Of a stretch of DNA of 64,000 bases, positions 21,160-31,601 are shown in pieces. Location of the stretch: NCBI GenBank assembly GCA_012270795.1, contig JAAXHO010000131.1, forward strand, positions 14,690-78,689, in the 5' to 3' direction. The translations under genes and the position numbers were made by a program. This DNA is from Candidatus Poribacteria bacterium. Lineage in GTDB: Bacteria; Poribacteria; WGA-4E; WGA-3G. Positions within the stretch are counted from its first letter, which is position 1. Each line of letters starts with the position of its first letter. The notes beneath the pieces were generated by a model, which saw only the letters and a program-made list of their open reading frames with translations, had not been told where the DNA came from and searched no databases.

Positions 21160-22356
21160 ATGTTTGCAAGATTTTGTACGTTATGGTTAATTGTTTTCTC
21201 AGCAGTACTACTTTTCTCAGTCACTGCTGATGCCATTGAAGTTGATTATGTTGGTCCAGAATCCTCTTACGATGATTATATCACTACGGGTGCCACACAA
21301 TATTCTCGTGCAGAATTTGACGCACCTTATGGAATTGTGCATTGGTACGTCAAAGGTCCGGGTGAAACTGGTTTTGGAACTGAAATAGAAGTAGACTACG
21401 GTGATGGAACATCAACTGTTTCTACTTTTCAACACACGTTTAACAGCGGTAGTACATCGGGTAAACAATACGAAATTACTGCGTACGTTTATCCCGATAG
21501 TAATACCGGAAATGGTATAGTTGATTGGGATTCCTACACTTTGAAGGTATGGACTCCTTTTGAAGACGTTGTAAAAGTATCTAAAAACGTAACAGACGAA
21601 ATGAGAGTTGGTGATACTTACGCTTGTTCTTTTACTGCAACATCTTCTTCCAGCAACTATGTGATTGAAGAAATAAAGGTGTATGTGGATGACGTGCTTA
21701 TTGATTCCCAGCTGTACAGTGATGTTACCAAAGGAATCATCCACGTTAGTGGTTCTCTTAAACCTGATGTCGGTGCTTATGTTCCTGTTGTTGTTAAAGT
21801 GTTTGGGAAAATAATAGACATAATTGGAAGTGGATCCAGTAAAATTGTGAAAACAATTTCCAAAGCAACTCTTGGAAAGGTGTGGAATGTCATTTTACGC
21901 GGAACAATTTCTGGAAAGTGTCTGTGTGATGGTGACAAAAAACCATTTAAAAATGCTTTGGATAACAAGGAAGGCGTTAAGTATGTATGTAGAGACCTCA
22001 ATGGACAGGTAGTAAATAATGGAACCCACGATAATCAAACATCTGTTACATGGGATGCGGGTGTTCCACATGGAAATGAATTAAAGGGTGGTCCATATCG
22101 TACAAACGATCGCGGCTTCTATACAACTCTACGCTCTGTGCCGCTTAGGTATAACATCGCGTTAGACATGAGATCAAAGGATCTTCACCTGCACGGGCCG
22201 AGGCAGCTGCAGCGCATCTGTGAATACGAAGAAACCGAATGGATCAGAAGATTCGGGAACGTAAAGTGGGTGGTTGGTGTTCCTATTGAATGGGATCCGC
22301 CCATGAAGCTTAATTTTCTTGTGCTTCCAAAAAAAGTTACGGATCCATGTCAATAG
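21160..22356 (+). CDS. Secreted beta-rich (Ig/PKD-like) hypothetical protein
   Basis: AAGGAG RBS before ATG 21160, signal peptide ending TADA, and a PKD-like DYGDG...HTF...Y.IT segment. Confidence 0.75.
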   Translation: MFARFCTLWLIVFSAVLLFSVTADAIEVDYVGPESSYDDYITTGATQYSRAEFDAPYGIVHWYVKGPGETGFGTEIEVDYGDGTSTVSTFQHTFNSGSTSGKQYEITAYVYPDSNTGNGIVDWDSYTLKVWTPFEDVVKVSKNVTDEMRVGDTYACSFTATSSSSNYVIEEIKVYVDDVLIDSQLYSDVTKGIIHVSGSLKPDVGAYVPVVVKVFGKIIDIIGSGSSKIVKTISKATLGKVWNVILRGTISGKCLCDGDKKPFKNALDNKEGVKYVCRDLNGQVVNNGTHDNQTSVTWDAGVPHGNELKGGPYRTNDRGFYTTLRSVPLRYNIALDMRSKDLHLHGPRQLQRICEYEETEWIRRFGNVKWVVGVPIEWDPPMKLNFLVLPKKVTDPCQ

Positions 22357-22559
22357 ACTATTCATTGAAGCGTTAATCGTGGTGATCTCAAATTTAAGAG
22401 GAACCACGATTAACTTATACCATTTCTAACATGTAATGTCTCTTTTTTATAGCACAAGTTTCCAGTTTGTGTCTTGAAGAATAACAACCATAACAACCGT
22501 AAATGAATAAATAATATTAAAGAAATAGTATTACTTTCTCAATATGGAGGAAAAGAGCA

Positions 22560-23720
22560 ATGCGTCATAAGTTGAATTCTATTTTCCGTTTTTCTATTAT
22601 TCTCGTAATTGGTATCATTTTACATGCAAATGTAGGATACGGTTTAACATACATAAGTCTTTCACATCAACCCTTGATTTCGCCAGATGGCAAATATCTC
22701 GTCATGATTAAGGAAAACAGATATGTGCGCGGATCTGAATTCTCTCTGAACCTTTGGACAATGATACTTGAAGGCGAACATTTTGCCAATGATTATGCTT
22801 TAACTCCACGTTATGACGAGGTGGTCGCTTCTCCGGACGGTAAGATTATCGCTTTTGTGGAATACAACATGACTACATTTTACGGTGTGCACTTCTATTT
22901 ACCTGAAAAAGGAGAAGTTGATTCTGCTAAAGCATATTCTTCGGAAAGAGTAGACAGTTTTCAGTTTTCTAAAGACCAGAAGTACTATAGATTTCGGAAT
23001 ATCCTCGGACATAAATTTGATACGGTGAAAGAGAATTTGGCTGCAGCAATTCTCGGTCCTGCATGGACGATTTACGATATTAATGAAGGTCTTCCCGCAA
23101 ATTATAATAAAGAAAACAAAGTTCATTGGACAGAAAAAGAGGCGGACAAATTTACAGACTGGGCACCGGTTAAAAAACCGAAAGTGATGCCACAGTTCCT
23201 CACGCAGCCGATGCCGAAGATTACATTGGAAACACAGGATCGAATGCAGTGGTCTCCTGATTCAAAATATCTCTACCTGTTTGATAAGACAGGTTTATGG
23301 CGTTGTGATGTGCGGAACTACTATATGCCACAATGGACAAAACTCGTAAACGTTACTGATATTACAAGGTATGAACTTTCACCGACAGGCAAACACCTTG
23401 TCTATGAAGTGCTCTCTGACAATCCATTAGAAAAAACAAGTGGTAGTTCAGATCCAGATGGTTTAGAAAACATCCTTTGGCTTCTTGATCTTGAGAAAAT
23501 TAACGTTGAAATGATAGAATCGCCATTGTTATTGCCGGGTGGTAATTTATGGGAGCTTGATGCGACAGAAAAAATAACGCCGCAGAAAATCGCAAGCGGA
23601 TGGGGTGCTACTTTTCACCCAAATGGCAAAATCTTATTTTACGCGAATATTAATGGACCATATAGACTCATTCTTGATACGATGGAACAGTGGAATTACC
23701 ACGGAACCGGTCGACGGTAA
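22560..23720 (+). CDS. Exported TolB/PD40-like beta-propeller protein
   Basis: GGAGG RBS, signal peptide, and repeated SPDGK/WSPDSK/SPTGK/FHPNGK blades. Confidence 0.75.
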   Translation: MRHKLNSIFRFSIILVIGIILHANVGYGLTYISLSHQPLISPDGKYLVMIKENRYVRGSEFSLNLWTMILEGEHFANDYALTPRYDEVVASPDGKIIAFVEYNMTTFYGVHFYLPEKGEVDSAKAYSSERVDSFQFSKDQKYYRFRNILGHKFDTVKENLAAAILGPAWTIYDINEGLPANYNKENKVHWTEKEADKFTDWAPVKKPKVMPQFLTQPMPKITLETQDRMQWSPDSKYLYLFDKTGLWRCDVRNYYMPQWTKLVNVTDITRYELSPTGKHLVYEVLSDNPLEKTSGSSDPDGLENILWLLDLEKINVEMIESPLLLPGGNLWELDATEKITPQKIASGWGATFHPNGKILFYANINGPYRLILDTMEQWNYHGTGRR

Positions 23721-23882
23721 ATGTCTATAAAGTTTGTCCTTTTCATTAGGTTTCTGTGGAACACACGTTTCACAAAAACCCATATCCAAATCTAAGGACG
23801 TATAAAAATGAAAAAATTTGGTTATACTACAATCTATCTCCTAAATCGTTGGCGGGTTTTGTAACCCGATTTCAGATACATA

Positions 23883-24050
23883 ATACCAATTCAAATTAAT
23901 ATTGTCCCATTAAGGAATTCCACTTTTATTGCTGGTTTATTGCTGGTTGGGGTACCTCTCTTCGGTAGGAGCGACCTCCTGGTCGCGACCGGGAGGTCGC
24001 TCCTACCAGAACATTTTGACAAATGGCATCTTATTTTTTAGAAATGGTAT
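23883..24050. mobile_element. ATACCA-ended MITE with GTAGGAGCGACC REP palindrome
   Basis: Nearly identical to 41869-42025 apart from an internal 11-bp duplication. Confidence 0.85.
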
Positions 24051-24108
24051 AACATGAAAAATCGGGGTTGGAAACCCCTCCAACAAAGATGTTTTGTTAC
24101 ATAATCCT

Positions 24109-25899
24109 TTATGTAGCGAATAGGAGTCTACCTTGTTCTGGTTTAAACTGACAATTCAGATAGGTTTTATCATTTGCATGCCAAAACTTTAACCGCACGC
24201 TTTTTCCTGTCTGTAAATGGCATTCTTCAATATTCTCAATTTGTTTTTCAATCTCTACCAACGCATCAATTGTTTCGTTCCCAGAATAATATAAAAAGAA
24301 CAATTGTCTATTCTCATGTTGTCTATGGTGAATTTTGATATTTGTCACAGGTGTATTCTCGTTGTTGGAATAAATTGAGATAATTGGCTTAACCCATTTA
24401 CGCAAATACTTTCTTAGTTCTGCTTCCCTTTCATTCAGTGGTCCGTCTAATACAGTTGTTTGTCGTCTGAAGAGGAGACGTTCTAACCGATATGGTTCAA
24501 GCCCTACCTTGCCGTTTAACAGATAAGGAACTGGTGCGTTAGCAAGGATGCGTCCTTTTGATTTAGTAAATTCTGTCAAGAGATGGACAGTCGTTTCGTG
24601 AAGTGACAAACAGCTTGGAAGTAACACAAGTTCATACATTCTCTGATTGAGACAAAGCTTTCGTCCATTCTTATGTAGGAAAGTTTTGGCAAATTGTGCT
24701 TCTGAAACAGTGTCAAAGTCATACCCCAAATTCCAAACTGTTTGGGTCAACCATCCCCATGATTTTGTTATACTGCTCCATTCCTTTTCTTCAGGTTTCA
24801 TCCATAGGCTCTGTATTGGAGACAACATAAGAATTTTCCGAACCGGTGTGCCATTTTGCAGGGTTTCTCCTAAATGTTGATGTTGTTTGGTGTCAGAAAG
24901 AGGATTGCCAATATCATAAGAAAGCCATTGGTTGAAACCGAGGGGAATATCACTGAGGCAATGAGAAAATGTGTGGTTGTCTTTACGAATTATCCCAACA
25001 TTGTTTGCATTACTACACGTTGACTTAGCAACAACAAAACGTCGTGGTGTGAGTTCATCTGCTGCGAAGAGAATTGGACAATCTGCCTTTTCCAAGAGTG
25101 TTTCCAAGTCGTATTGCAACGACTTTGAGCTCTCTCGAATCGTTACAGCAAATCTAAGGTTGTGCTTATGACAGAACTTTTTTATACTAACCAAAAAGCA
25201 ATCTGCGAATTGTGAAGTTAGACTTTGCCAAAACATACTTCTGATGACGGGTGAGTTATATGTTTCGTAAAAAAGATAGGGTATGGAATTTCCTTGAACT
25301 TTCTCAGTTCTTCTATTTTCTGTCTCTATGCATTTCAATAGCGAACTACTCCAAGGGATTGTGGTTGCATCTCTTTCAAAGATTGACAAGAAGTATGGTA
25401 TTTCAATAGCAAAACCCTCAATACTTTCTAATCCAAACGTCTCTATATATGTCTCAAGTACACGGCTAATAAAGGCGTTAACACCGGATTTAGATAATAA
25501 ATCGTCCGCATCTTCTGCAGTTTGTGTGATAAAGAGAAGTGTTCTGCCCCGTAACCGTTCTGCTACCGACAAATCCCATTCACTGCATCTTTGAACATAA
25601 TCGGTGATATTGTAGAATGAATCCTCCGTATGAGACTGTGCAACAAGAAAAAAGTCGCTATAATCTATGCTACTCCTATCTGCATTATTATTTGCAAGGA
25701 GAATTCGCAATTTCATTTGAATTGATGTTGGTGTCTCAGTTGTTTGAAAATGCAAGTATTGAACTTTCAATCGGCATCGTGTCTGAATCATATCAGCAGT
25801 CATAAGTATCCATGCTGTTTTGTTGTGTTGAGACAGTTTTGCCAACTCTGATTTGTGTGAACCTATAGTATGGATACTGGGGTACTTTAGTAGAGACAT
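24109..25899 (-). CDS. Degenerate glycoside-hydrolase-like protein (GH106/GH2-type architecture)
   Basis: IPWS..L, R..FWQ.L...F...F, GYDFDTVSE and YELVLLPS. Start ATG 25899 is chosen over the track's 26022. Confidence 0.5.
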   Translation of the reverse strand: MSLLKYPSIHTIGSHKSELAKLSQHNKTAWILMTADMIQTRCRLKVQYLHFQTTETPTSIQMKLRILLANNNADRSSIDYSDFFLVAQSHTEDSFYNITDYVQRCSEWDLSVAERLRGRTLLFITQTAEDADDLLSKSGVNAFISRVLETYIETFGLESIEGFAIEIPYFLSIFERDATTIPWSSSLLKCIETENRRTEKVQGNSIPYLFYETYNSPVIRSMFWQSLTSQFADCFLVSIKKFCHKHNLRFAVTIRESSKSLQYDLETLLEKADCPILFAADELTPRRFVVAKSTCSNANNVGIIRKDNHTFSHCLSDIPLGFNQWLSYDIGNPLSDTKQHQHLGETLQNGTPVRKILMLSPIQSLWMKPEEKEWSSITKSWGWLTQTVWNLGYDFDTVSEAQFAKTFLHKNGRKLCLNQRMYELVLLPSCLSLHETTVHLLTEFTKSKGRILANAPVPYLLNGKVGLEPYRLERLLFRRQTTVLDGPLNEREAELRKYLRKWVKPIISIYSNNENTPVTNIKIHHRQHENRQLFFLYYSGNETIDALVEIEKQIENIEECHLQTGKSVRLKFWHANDKTYLNCQFKPEQGRLLFAT

Positions 25900-26111
25900 G
25901 CTTGGTCTTATTGAAAATATGGTTTTCACGGTGGTGTCAGTCTTAAGAAATTTGCATATATTGTTGATTTTGTAGTATACTGTGAAAAGTATCAATAGGA
26001 ACTTCGTTTTCAATTTTAGCACTATTTAGAGCTAGATGCAATACATTGCGATCTTTGAAGGAAAACTATTTTGCATTTTAAAGTTCTATAGTGTAATAAA
26101 ATCAGGAAAAA

Positions 26112-27353
26112 ATGCGAATTATAGAGAACCTTCTTACTGCGTTATCAGCACTACGTGCAAGTAAGCTCCGAACGATCCTCACCTTGTTAGGTATTACCAT
26201 CGGGATTGCCGGTGTTATTGCCATGATGTCGTTAGGTGCAGGGGCTGAAAAACTCATTATGTTAGAATTTGAAAAGATTGGTGGTCCCAGTATGTTCGGG
26301 GTATACCGTCCTGGATATATCCGAAAAAACAATCGGTGGCAACGAAATACAAGTCCTCACTACTTAAATATGACTGATCTACGCGATGTCCAGAATCAAT
26401 GCCCATCAGTGGAAGTTGCTACTGTTGAAGGTAGTTATTATATCAGTTTTGACGTTCAAGGCAAACACCAACCGACCTACATGCGAGCGACTACCGTAGA
26501 ATATCAAGCTGTTAGACAGTGGCATAGTCAGTATGGTAGATTTCTTGCAGACACAGATATGGATTTTTGGAATAAGGTATGTGTGATCGGTTCACAAGTT
26601 TGGAAAGAACAGTTCAAAGGTCTAGATCCGATCGGGAAAGAGGTTGGGATAAATAACAAACGTTTCACTGTGATTGGTATTATGGAAAGCAGAGGCCCCG
26701 GATTAGAACAGGGCAAAAGCGATGACAATATGATTTTCATTCCAATCACAACAGCACAAACACGGTTTTGGGGACATGAAAATGTAGGGCATATTATGGT
26801 TCGTGCAAAAAGCCCATTTCTTGTAGACCAAGCTGTCAAAGAAGTTCAAACCATCATCAGGCGTAATCACGATGGAGACGACACATTTTTTCGCACGTGG
26901 CAAGCACAAAAGGGTATTGAAAGTGCTAAGAAGACGATCTTTATTATTGAAATGGTATTAGTAGTGATTGCTTCTGTAGCTCTAATTGTTGGTGGTATCG
27001 GAATCCTAAATATTATGCTTGTATCTGTTACAGAAAGAATACCGGAAATTGGTTTAAGAAAGGCAGTCGGTGCAAAAACATACCACATCCGCTTTCAATT
27101 CCTGACTGAGTCAATCCTTTTGTGTCTTATTGGCAGCATACTTGGTATCATATTAGGTGCATTTGTTGGACAAGGATTTGCTTGGGCAGTTGATAAATTT
27201 ATGATGGGAATGATGCGTTGGCCCTCTGTTATTACTATAAGATCAGTTCTCGCTTCCGTTGCCGCTGGGACTGCTGTTGGGTTATTTTTTGGCTATTATC
27301 CTGCAAGTAAAGCTGCGAAATTAAGCCCGATTGATGCTATACGACATACATAG
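26112..27353 (+). CDS. MacB/FtsX-type ABC transporter permease
   Basis: KLRTILTLLGITIG, VGGIGILNIMLVSVTERIPEIGLRKAVGA and GYYPASKAAKLSPIDAIR. Confidence 0.93.
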   Translation: MRIIENLLTALSALRASKLRTILTLLGITIGIAGVIAMMSLGAGAEKLIMLEFEKIGGPSMFGVYRPGYIRKNNRWQRNTSPHYLNMTDLRDVQNQCPSVEVATVEGSYYISFDVQGKHQPTYMRATTVEYQAVRQWHSQYGRFLADTDMDFWNKVCVIGSQVWKEQFKGLDPIGKEVGINNKRFTVIGIMESRGPGLEQGKSDDNMIFIPITTAQTRFWGHENVGHIMVRAKSPFLVDQAVKEVQTIIRRNHDGDDTFFRTWQAQKGIESAKKTIFIIEMVLVVIASVALIVGGIGILNIMLVSVTERIPEIGLRKAVGAKTYHIRFQFLTESILLCLIGSILGIILGAFVGQGFAWAVDKFMMGMMRWPSVITIRSVLASVAAGTAVGLFFGYYPASKAAKLSPIDAIRHT

Positions 27354-27495
27354 TTTATGGTAGATTATACAATTAATTCTACATTTTGAGTTGTAGGAAC
27401 GACCTTTGGTCGCTCCTACAGAATGGGGTTTTGAAAAACAGATACGGCAAGTTGCAGATGGTTCTGCGGGGATGGAGGTGTTTAGTGAAAAGTGA

Positions 27496-29589
27496 TTATG
27501 TGTGCAAAGATGATGGGGCAATGTCGTAATGCGAAAACTCTAAAGTAAAAGCACCACGTCCTTGTGTCATGGAACGGAGTCGGGTTGTGTATTGAAACGT
27601 CTCCGCTAAAGGTATGATGGCGTTGATGATATTGTTTGAGTCTTGAGAAGTTGTCTCGTTGATTTGTGCGCGGCGAGAATTCAGGTCACCGATAACCTTT
27701 CCAACATGTTCATCGGGTACTGTAATGTGTATTTGCATAATTGGTTCAAGCAGCAAAGGTTTTGCTGACTTTACCGCCTTCTCAAATGCAAGTACTGCGG
27801 CTGCTTCATAAGCCATCTCCGAAGAGTCTGTAGGGTGCGTTGAACCACCTGTGAGGATTACCTTTATATCTTGCAATGCGTATCCTAAGACAGCACCAGA
27901 ACCCATTGCATTTTCCAATGCTGCTTCAATTGATGGGATAAATTGTCGTGGAATCTGTGTTTCATCAGTTCTATCTTCAAACTGAAACCCGGTATCACGT
28001 TCCAACGGTTCAACGGTGAGTTTCACATCGCCATAGATACCTTCCTCATCAGTTTTATGAATGTGTGTCGCCCGTCCTTCAGCTTTTGTGTTAATTGTTT
28101 CATGATATGCCACTTGGAGTTTACTGACTCGTGCATTCACGCCGAATTCCCGAATCATACGGTCTGTAAGGATTTCCAAATGAAGTTCTCCCATACCTGA
28201 AATGATTCGTTGTCCTGTTTCCTTATCAATGCCGACGGTAAAAGTCGGGTCTTCGTCCATAAGTTTTTCAAGGGTTTCCTCCAAAGCGTCAGCATCACTT
28301 GCCCGTTTGGGTTCGATAGCGACAGAGATGACAGGTGGCGGGAATTCAATAGATTCAAGTAGGAGTGGATGTGCAATATCGCTCAATGTGTGTCCAGTTT
28401 TGGTGCTGCGCATACCGACAAGAGCGACGATGTCGCCTGCATAGGCAGCATCACAACTTGCCTCTTTGTTTGCATGCATCTGTAAAATTCGGTTGACACG
28501 TTCTCTTTTCTCTGTAGCAACGTTATAGACGACTTCACCGCGTTTGAGTGTACCAGAATAGACACGGCAATAAACTAACTTATCCACTGTGTCATGACTT
28601 GCGACTTTGAATGCTAATGCAGAAAATGGTTCCTTATCATCAGGGTGTCGAACGACTGTTTCTGTGGTCTGGTCTGTGTCTTTTTTGGATGATTTGTTAT
28701 TAGTTGTTTTTGCTATTTCGCCTTCAATGGGTGGTACTTCTAATGGAGAAGGCAAATAATCTATTACGGCATCAAGGAGGGGTTGGACCCCTTGGTTTTT
28801 GAGTGAACTACCGCAAAGTACTGGGATTAAACCTCCTTTCAAAGTTGCCTTTCGTATGCCAGCAACTAATTCAGTTTCTTCAATGTTACCGCCCTCAATA
28901 TATTTTTCAAGCAGGTTATCGTCTTCTGCTGCAACATTTTCTATGAGATTTTCGCGTGCAATGTTTGCATCATCCTGAAATTTGCTTGGAACATCTACCC
29001 TCTCAAACGTCTTGCCTTGATCAGATTCATTCCAAATAATTGCTTTCATTCGGATCAAATCAATCACACCTTTGAAGTCGCGTCCTTCCCCAAGTGGTAT
29101 CTGCAGCGGTACGGGATTTGTGTTGAATCGTTCCTGCATCATCTCAATCACTCGATCGAAATTAGCCCCTGCTCGGTCCATCTTATTTACGAAAGCAATG
29201 CGCGGTATCTGATAACGTTCTGCCTGATTCCAGACTGTTTCCGATTGCGGTTCCACGCCGCCGACAGCACAGAAAAGCGCGATAACACCGTCCAAGACCC
29301 GTAGCGATCGTTCAACTTCAACTGTGAAATCGACGTGTCCAGGGGTGTCAATCAGGTGGAATGCGTAATCTTGCCAGTAGCATGTGGTAGCGGCGGCAGT
29401 GATGGTCACGCCGCGTTCGCGTTCCTGTACCATCCAATCCATCTCTGCGGTGCCGTCATCTACTGTGCCGATTTTATGTTTTTTGCCAGTGTAAAAGAGG
29501 ATGCGTTCGGTGGTTGTGGTTTTCCCTGCGTCAATGTGCGCAGCAATACCGATATTTCGTACTTTTTCTATTGGATATTCACGTGCCAT
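27496..29589 (-). CDS. fusA: Elongation factor G (stand-alone paralog)
   Basis: [38 protein letters not shown] and LRSMTQGR. No rpsL/rpsG/tuf neighbours. Confidence 0.93.
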   Translation of the reverse strand: MAREYPIEKVRNIGIAAHIDAGKTTTTERILFYTGKKHKIGTVDDGTAEMDWMVQERERGVTITAAATTCYWQDYAFHLIDTPGHVDFTVEVERSLRVLDGVIALFCAVGGVEPQSETVWNQAERYQIPRIAFVNKMDRAGANFDRVIEMMQERFNTNPVPLQIPLGEGRDFKGVIDLIRMKAIIWNESDQGKTFERVDVPSKFQDDANIARENLIENVAAEDDNLLEKYIEGGNIEETELVAGIRKATLKGGLIPVLCGSSLKNQGVQPLLDAVIDYLPSPLEVPPIEGEIAKTTNNKSSKKDTDQTTETVVRHPDDKEPFSALAFKVASHDTVDKLVYCRVYSGTLKRGEVVYNVATEKRERVNRILQMHANKEASCDAAYAGDIVALVGMRSTKTGHTLSDIAHPLLLESIEFPPPVISVAIEPKRASDADALEETLEKLMDEDPTFTVGIDKETGQRIISGMGELHLEILTDRMIREFGVNARVSKLQVAYHETINTKAEGRATHIHKTDEEGIYGDVKLTVEPLERDTGFQFEDRTDETQIPRQFIPSIEAALENAMGSGAVLGYALQDIKVILTGGSTHPTDSSEMAYEAAAVLAFEKAVKSAKPLLLEPIMQIHITVPDEHVGKVIGDLNSRRAQINETTSQDSNNIINAIIPLAETFQYTTRLRSMTQGRGAFTLEFSHYDIAPSSLHT

Positions 29590-29650
29590 TTGTTGTTAGC
29601 TCTTTTTTTATGCGTATTTTAGAATGGAAAATGTGTTGCAATGCAGATAG

Positions 29651-29729
29651 CCATCAGCAGTCAGTAGCATGCGAAGTTCGGTTTCTCACGGTTAACAAAC
29701 GCACAAGACTGACCACTGACTGCTGATGG
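29651..29729. repeat. Inverted repeat CCATCAGCAGTCAGT / ACTGACTGCTGATGG
   Basis: 15-bp perfect arms between the WD40 gene and fusA. Confidence 0.7.
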
Positions 29730-29756
29730 TTGCCAATTGAATACTGATAGACACCA

Positions 29757-30854
29757 TTACTCACTTATGTCCCGGATGCGGATGGTGAAATCAGCACCGG
29801 AACTGGCGAGGATGTTTCCTTCTGGATTAAACGCAACGCCGTTAGCAGCACCTGTATGATCAGTGAATGATTGTAGTTCTGCCCCGCCGTTTGCGTCCCA
29901 CAGACGGACAGTCATGTCCCAACCGGCAGTCGCGACCTTGTTACCATCCGGACTGAACGCGACGGTGATGACTTGAGCCGTATGCCCTTCAAGGGTGCGG
30001 ATGTGACTGCCATCGCTTGCGTCCCACAAACGGGCGGTTGTGTCAGAACAGGCACTGGCGATCATGCTACCATCCGGACTGAAGGTAACACAGTTGACAT
30101 CATGCGTATGCCCTGTCATTGTGCGGATCTCGGTGCCATCGTTGACGTTCCACATACGGACGGTATCGTCATAACTGCCACTGACGAGCGTGTTTCCATC
30201 CGGACTGAACGCGACAGTTCTCGCAGCGTCCGAATGCCCTTCAAGTTTGCGGATTTCCGTGCCATCGTTTGGGTCCCAAAAACGGATGGTGCGATCAAAA
30301 CCGGCAGTGGCGAGAATGTCACCATCCGGATTAAACGCTACGAAGGTGACTCTCTCCGTATGTCCTGAGATGGTGCGGATCTCTGAACCGTCGCTCGTGT
30401 CCCACAAACGCGCAGTGTTATCGAATGCGGCAGTCGCGAGCATAGTACCATCCGGACTGAACGCGACGTTTCTGACAATATTCGTATGTCCTGTGAGTGT
30501 ATGTAGCTCTGTTCCTTTGGTTGTGTCCCACAACTTGGCTGTATTGTCATAAGCACCACTTGCAAGTAGGTTGCCATCCGGACTAAACGCCACGCTGTAG
30601 ATATTATTCGTATGACCTGAGAGATCACCTGTAAAATACGTTTTTTCAGGTGGTATCTCAATTTCCTCTTCGGGTTCTTCTACGACTTCTTCTACGGGTT
30701 CTTCTACGTTGTTATCCACTTGGTTGCCTGTGTTGTCAACCATTTGGTTATCTGTCTGCATGTCTGTGTCTGTGTCGGTCATCTCATCATCACCACCGCA
30801 TCCGACTATCATAATGCAGGCGAATATACTGAGTATCAATATAACTTTTTTCAT
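29757..30854 (-). CDS. WD40-repeat lipoprotein
   Basis: Lipobox IVGC, acidic linker, and seven regular GH....VAFSPDG..LA....D.T.RLWD repeats. Confidence 0.93.
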   Translation of the reverse strand: MKKVILILSIFACIMIVGCGGDDEMTDTDTDMQTDNQMVDNTGNQVDNNVEEPVEEVVEEPEEEIEIPPEKTYFTGDLSGHTNNIYSVAFSPDGNLLASGAYDNTAKLWDTTKGTELHTLTGHTNIVRNVAFSPDGTMLATAAFDNTARLWDTSDGSEIRTISGHTERVTFVAFNPDGDILATAGFDRTIRFWDPNDGTEIRKLEGHSDAARTVAFSPDGNTLVSGSYDDTVRMWNVNDGTEIRTMTGHTHDVNCVTFSPDGSMIASACSDTTARLWDASDGSHIRTLEGHTAQVITVAFSPDGNKVATAGWDMTVRLWDANGGAELQSFTDHTGAANGVAFNPEGNILASSGADFTIRIRDISE

Positions 30855-30936
30855 GATAATAAACTCCTTTTGAATAGAATTTTGGAGACATTCTAATTCA
30901 TGAACAAAAATATGTCAATACTTATGTCAAATAACA

Positions 30937-31317
30937 CAGGGTTATTCAGTTTTAGGTTTTTCTTGCGATTTTTTAACACATGCTATATATCCCAGGCCGG
31001 TAGGTGCGGTTTCCTAACCAATGCAGAATACGCGTGTGGTATTCTGCATTGGTTAGGAAACCGCACCTACCGGCCTAGTGTCCTGTCCAGACTTATTTTG
31101 TAGGTCGGGTAGAGCGAAGCGAAACCCGACATTAATTCAAATAGGTGGCATCATGTCGGGTTTCGCTTCGCTCTACCCGACCTACAATGTAAGAGTAGAT
31201 AATCCACTAGGACATTAACTTTCAGTAAATCTAAATAATGGGAAACTCTTAGAACTAAATAACCCTGCAAATGCTCCAGGGCTATTTAGTTCTAAGAGTT
31301 TTCCGTTATTTAGATTT
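30937..31317. mobile_element. Composite element: CAGGGTTATT shell enclosing two GTAG REP hairpins, plus an inverted extra end
   Basis: Shell 30937-31267, 38-bp-arm hairpin 30994-31076, REP doublet 31098-31187, and an inverted copy of the right end at 31277-31317. Confidence 0.8.
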
Positions 31318-31557
31318 CTCTTCGGTGTTCTCGTCATTTTGGTCTAAATGTTTGATCTTGCCGTTCTCATCAAAATTGAAGGTAGCAGCCCCAACACCGT
31401 CAACCTGTACTTTGACACTCCCATCTCTATCAAGATTTATCGTTATATCACCTAAACCTAAAGTTCCACCGCCACCAGAAATCGTAGAACTGCTATTCCC
31501 TTGTTTGAGTTGATATCCCTTTCCTTTTTTAATCAATTCAATACCTTTTGTTTGCAT
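31306..31557 (-). CDS. Probable frameshifted C-terminal domain of the upstream WD40 protein
   Basis: No RBS. The frame stays open upstream to the A6C run at 31611-31617. Confidence 0.55.
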   Translation of the reverse strand: MQTKGIELIKKGKGYQLKQGNSSSTISGGGGTLGLGDITINLDRDGSVKVQVDGVGAATFNFDENGKIKHLDQNDENTEEKSK

Positions 31558-31601
31558 CCAGCTGAGGATTGCTTTTGCTTCTTCTGCCTTATTTGTATAT
31601 A

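Noticed and set aside
29757-30630. Regular, GC-richer WD40 repeats as a diversity-generating retroelement target or foreign gene
   Set aside because: No reverse transcriptase or template/variable repeat pair is seen. Ordinary repeat homogeneity suffices.
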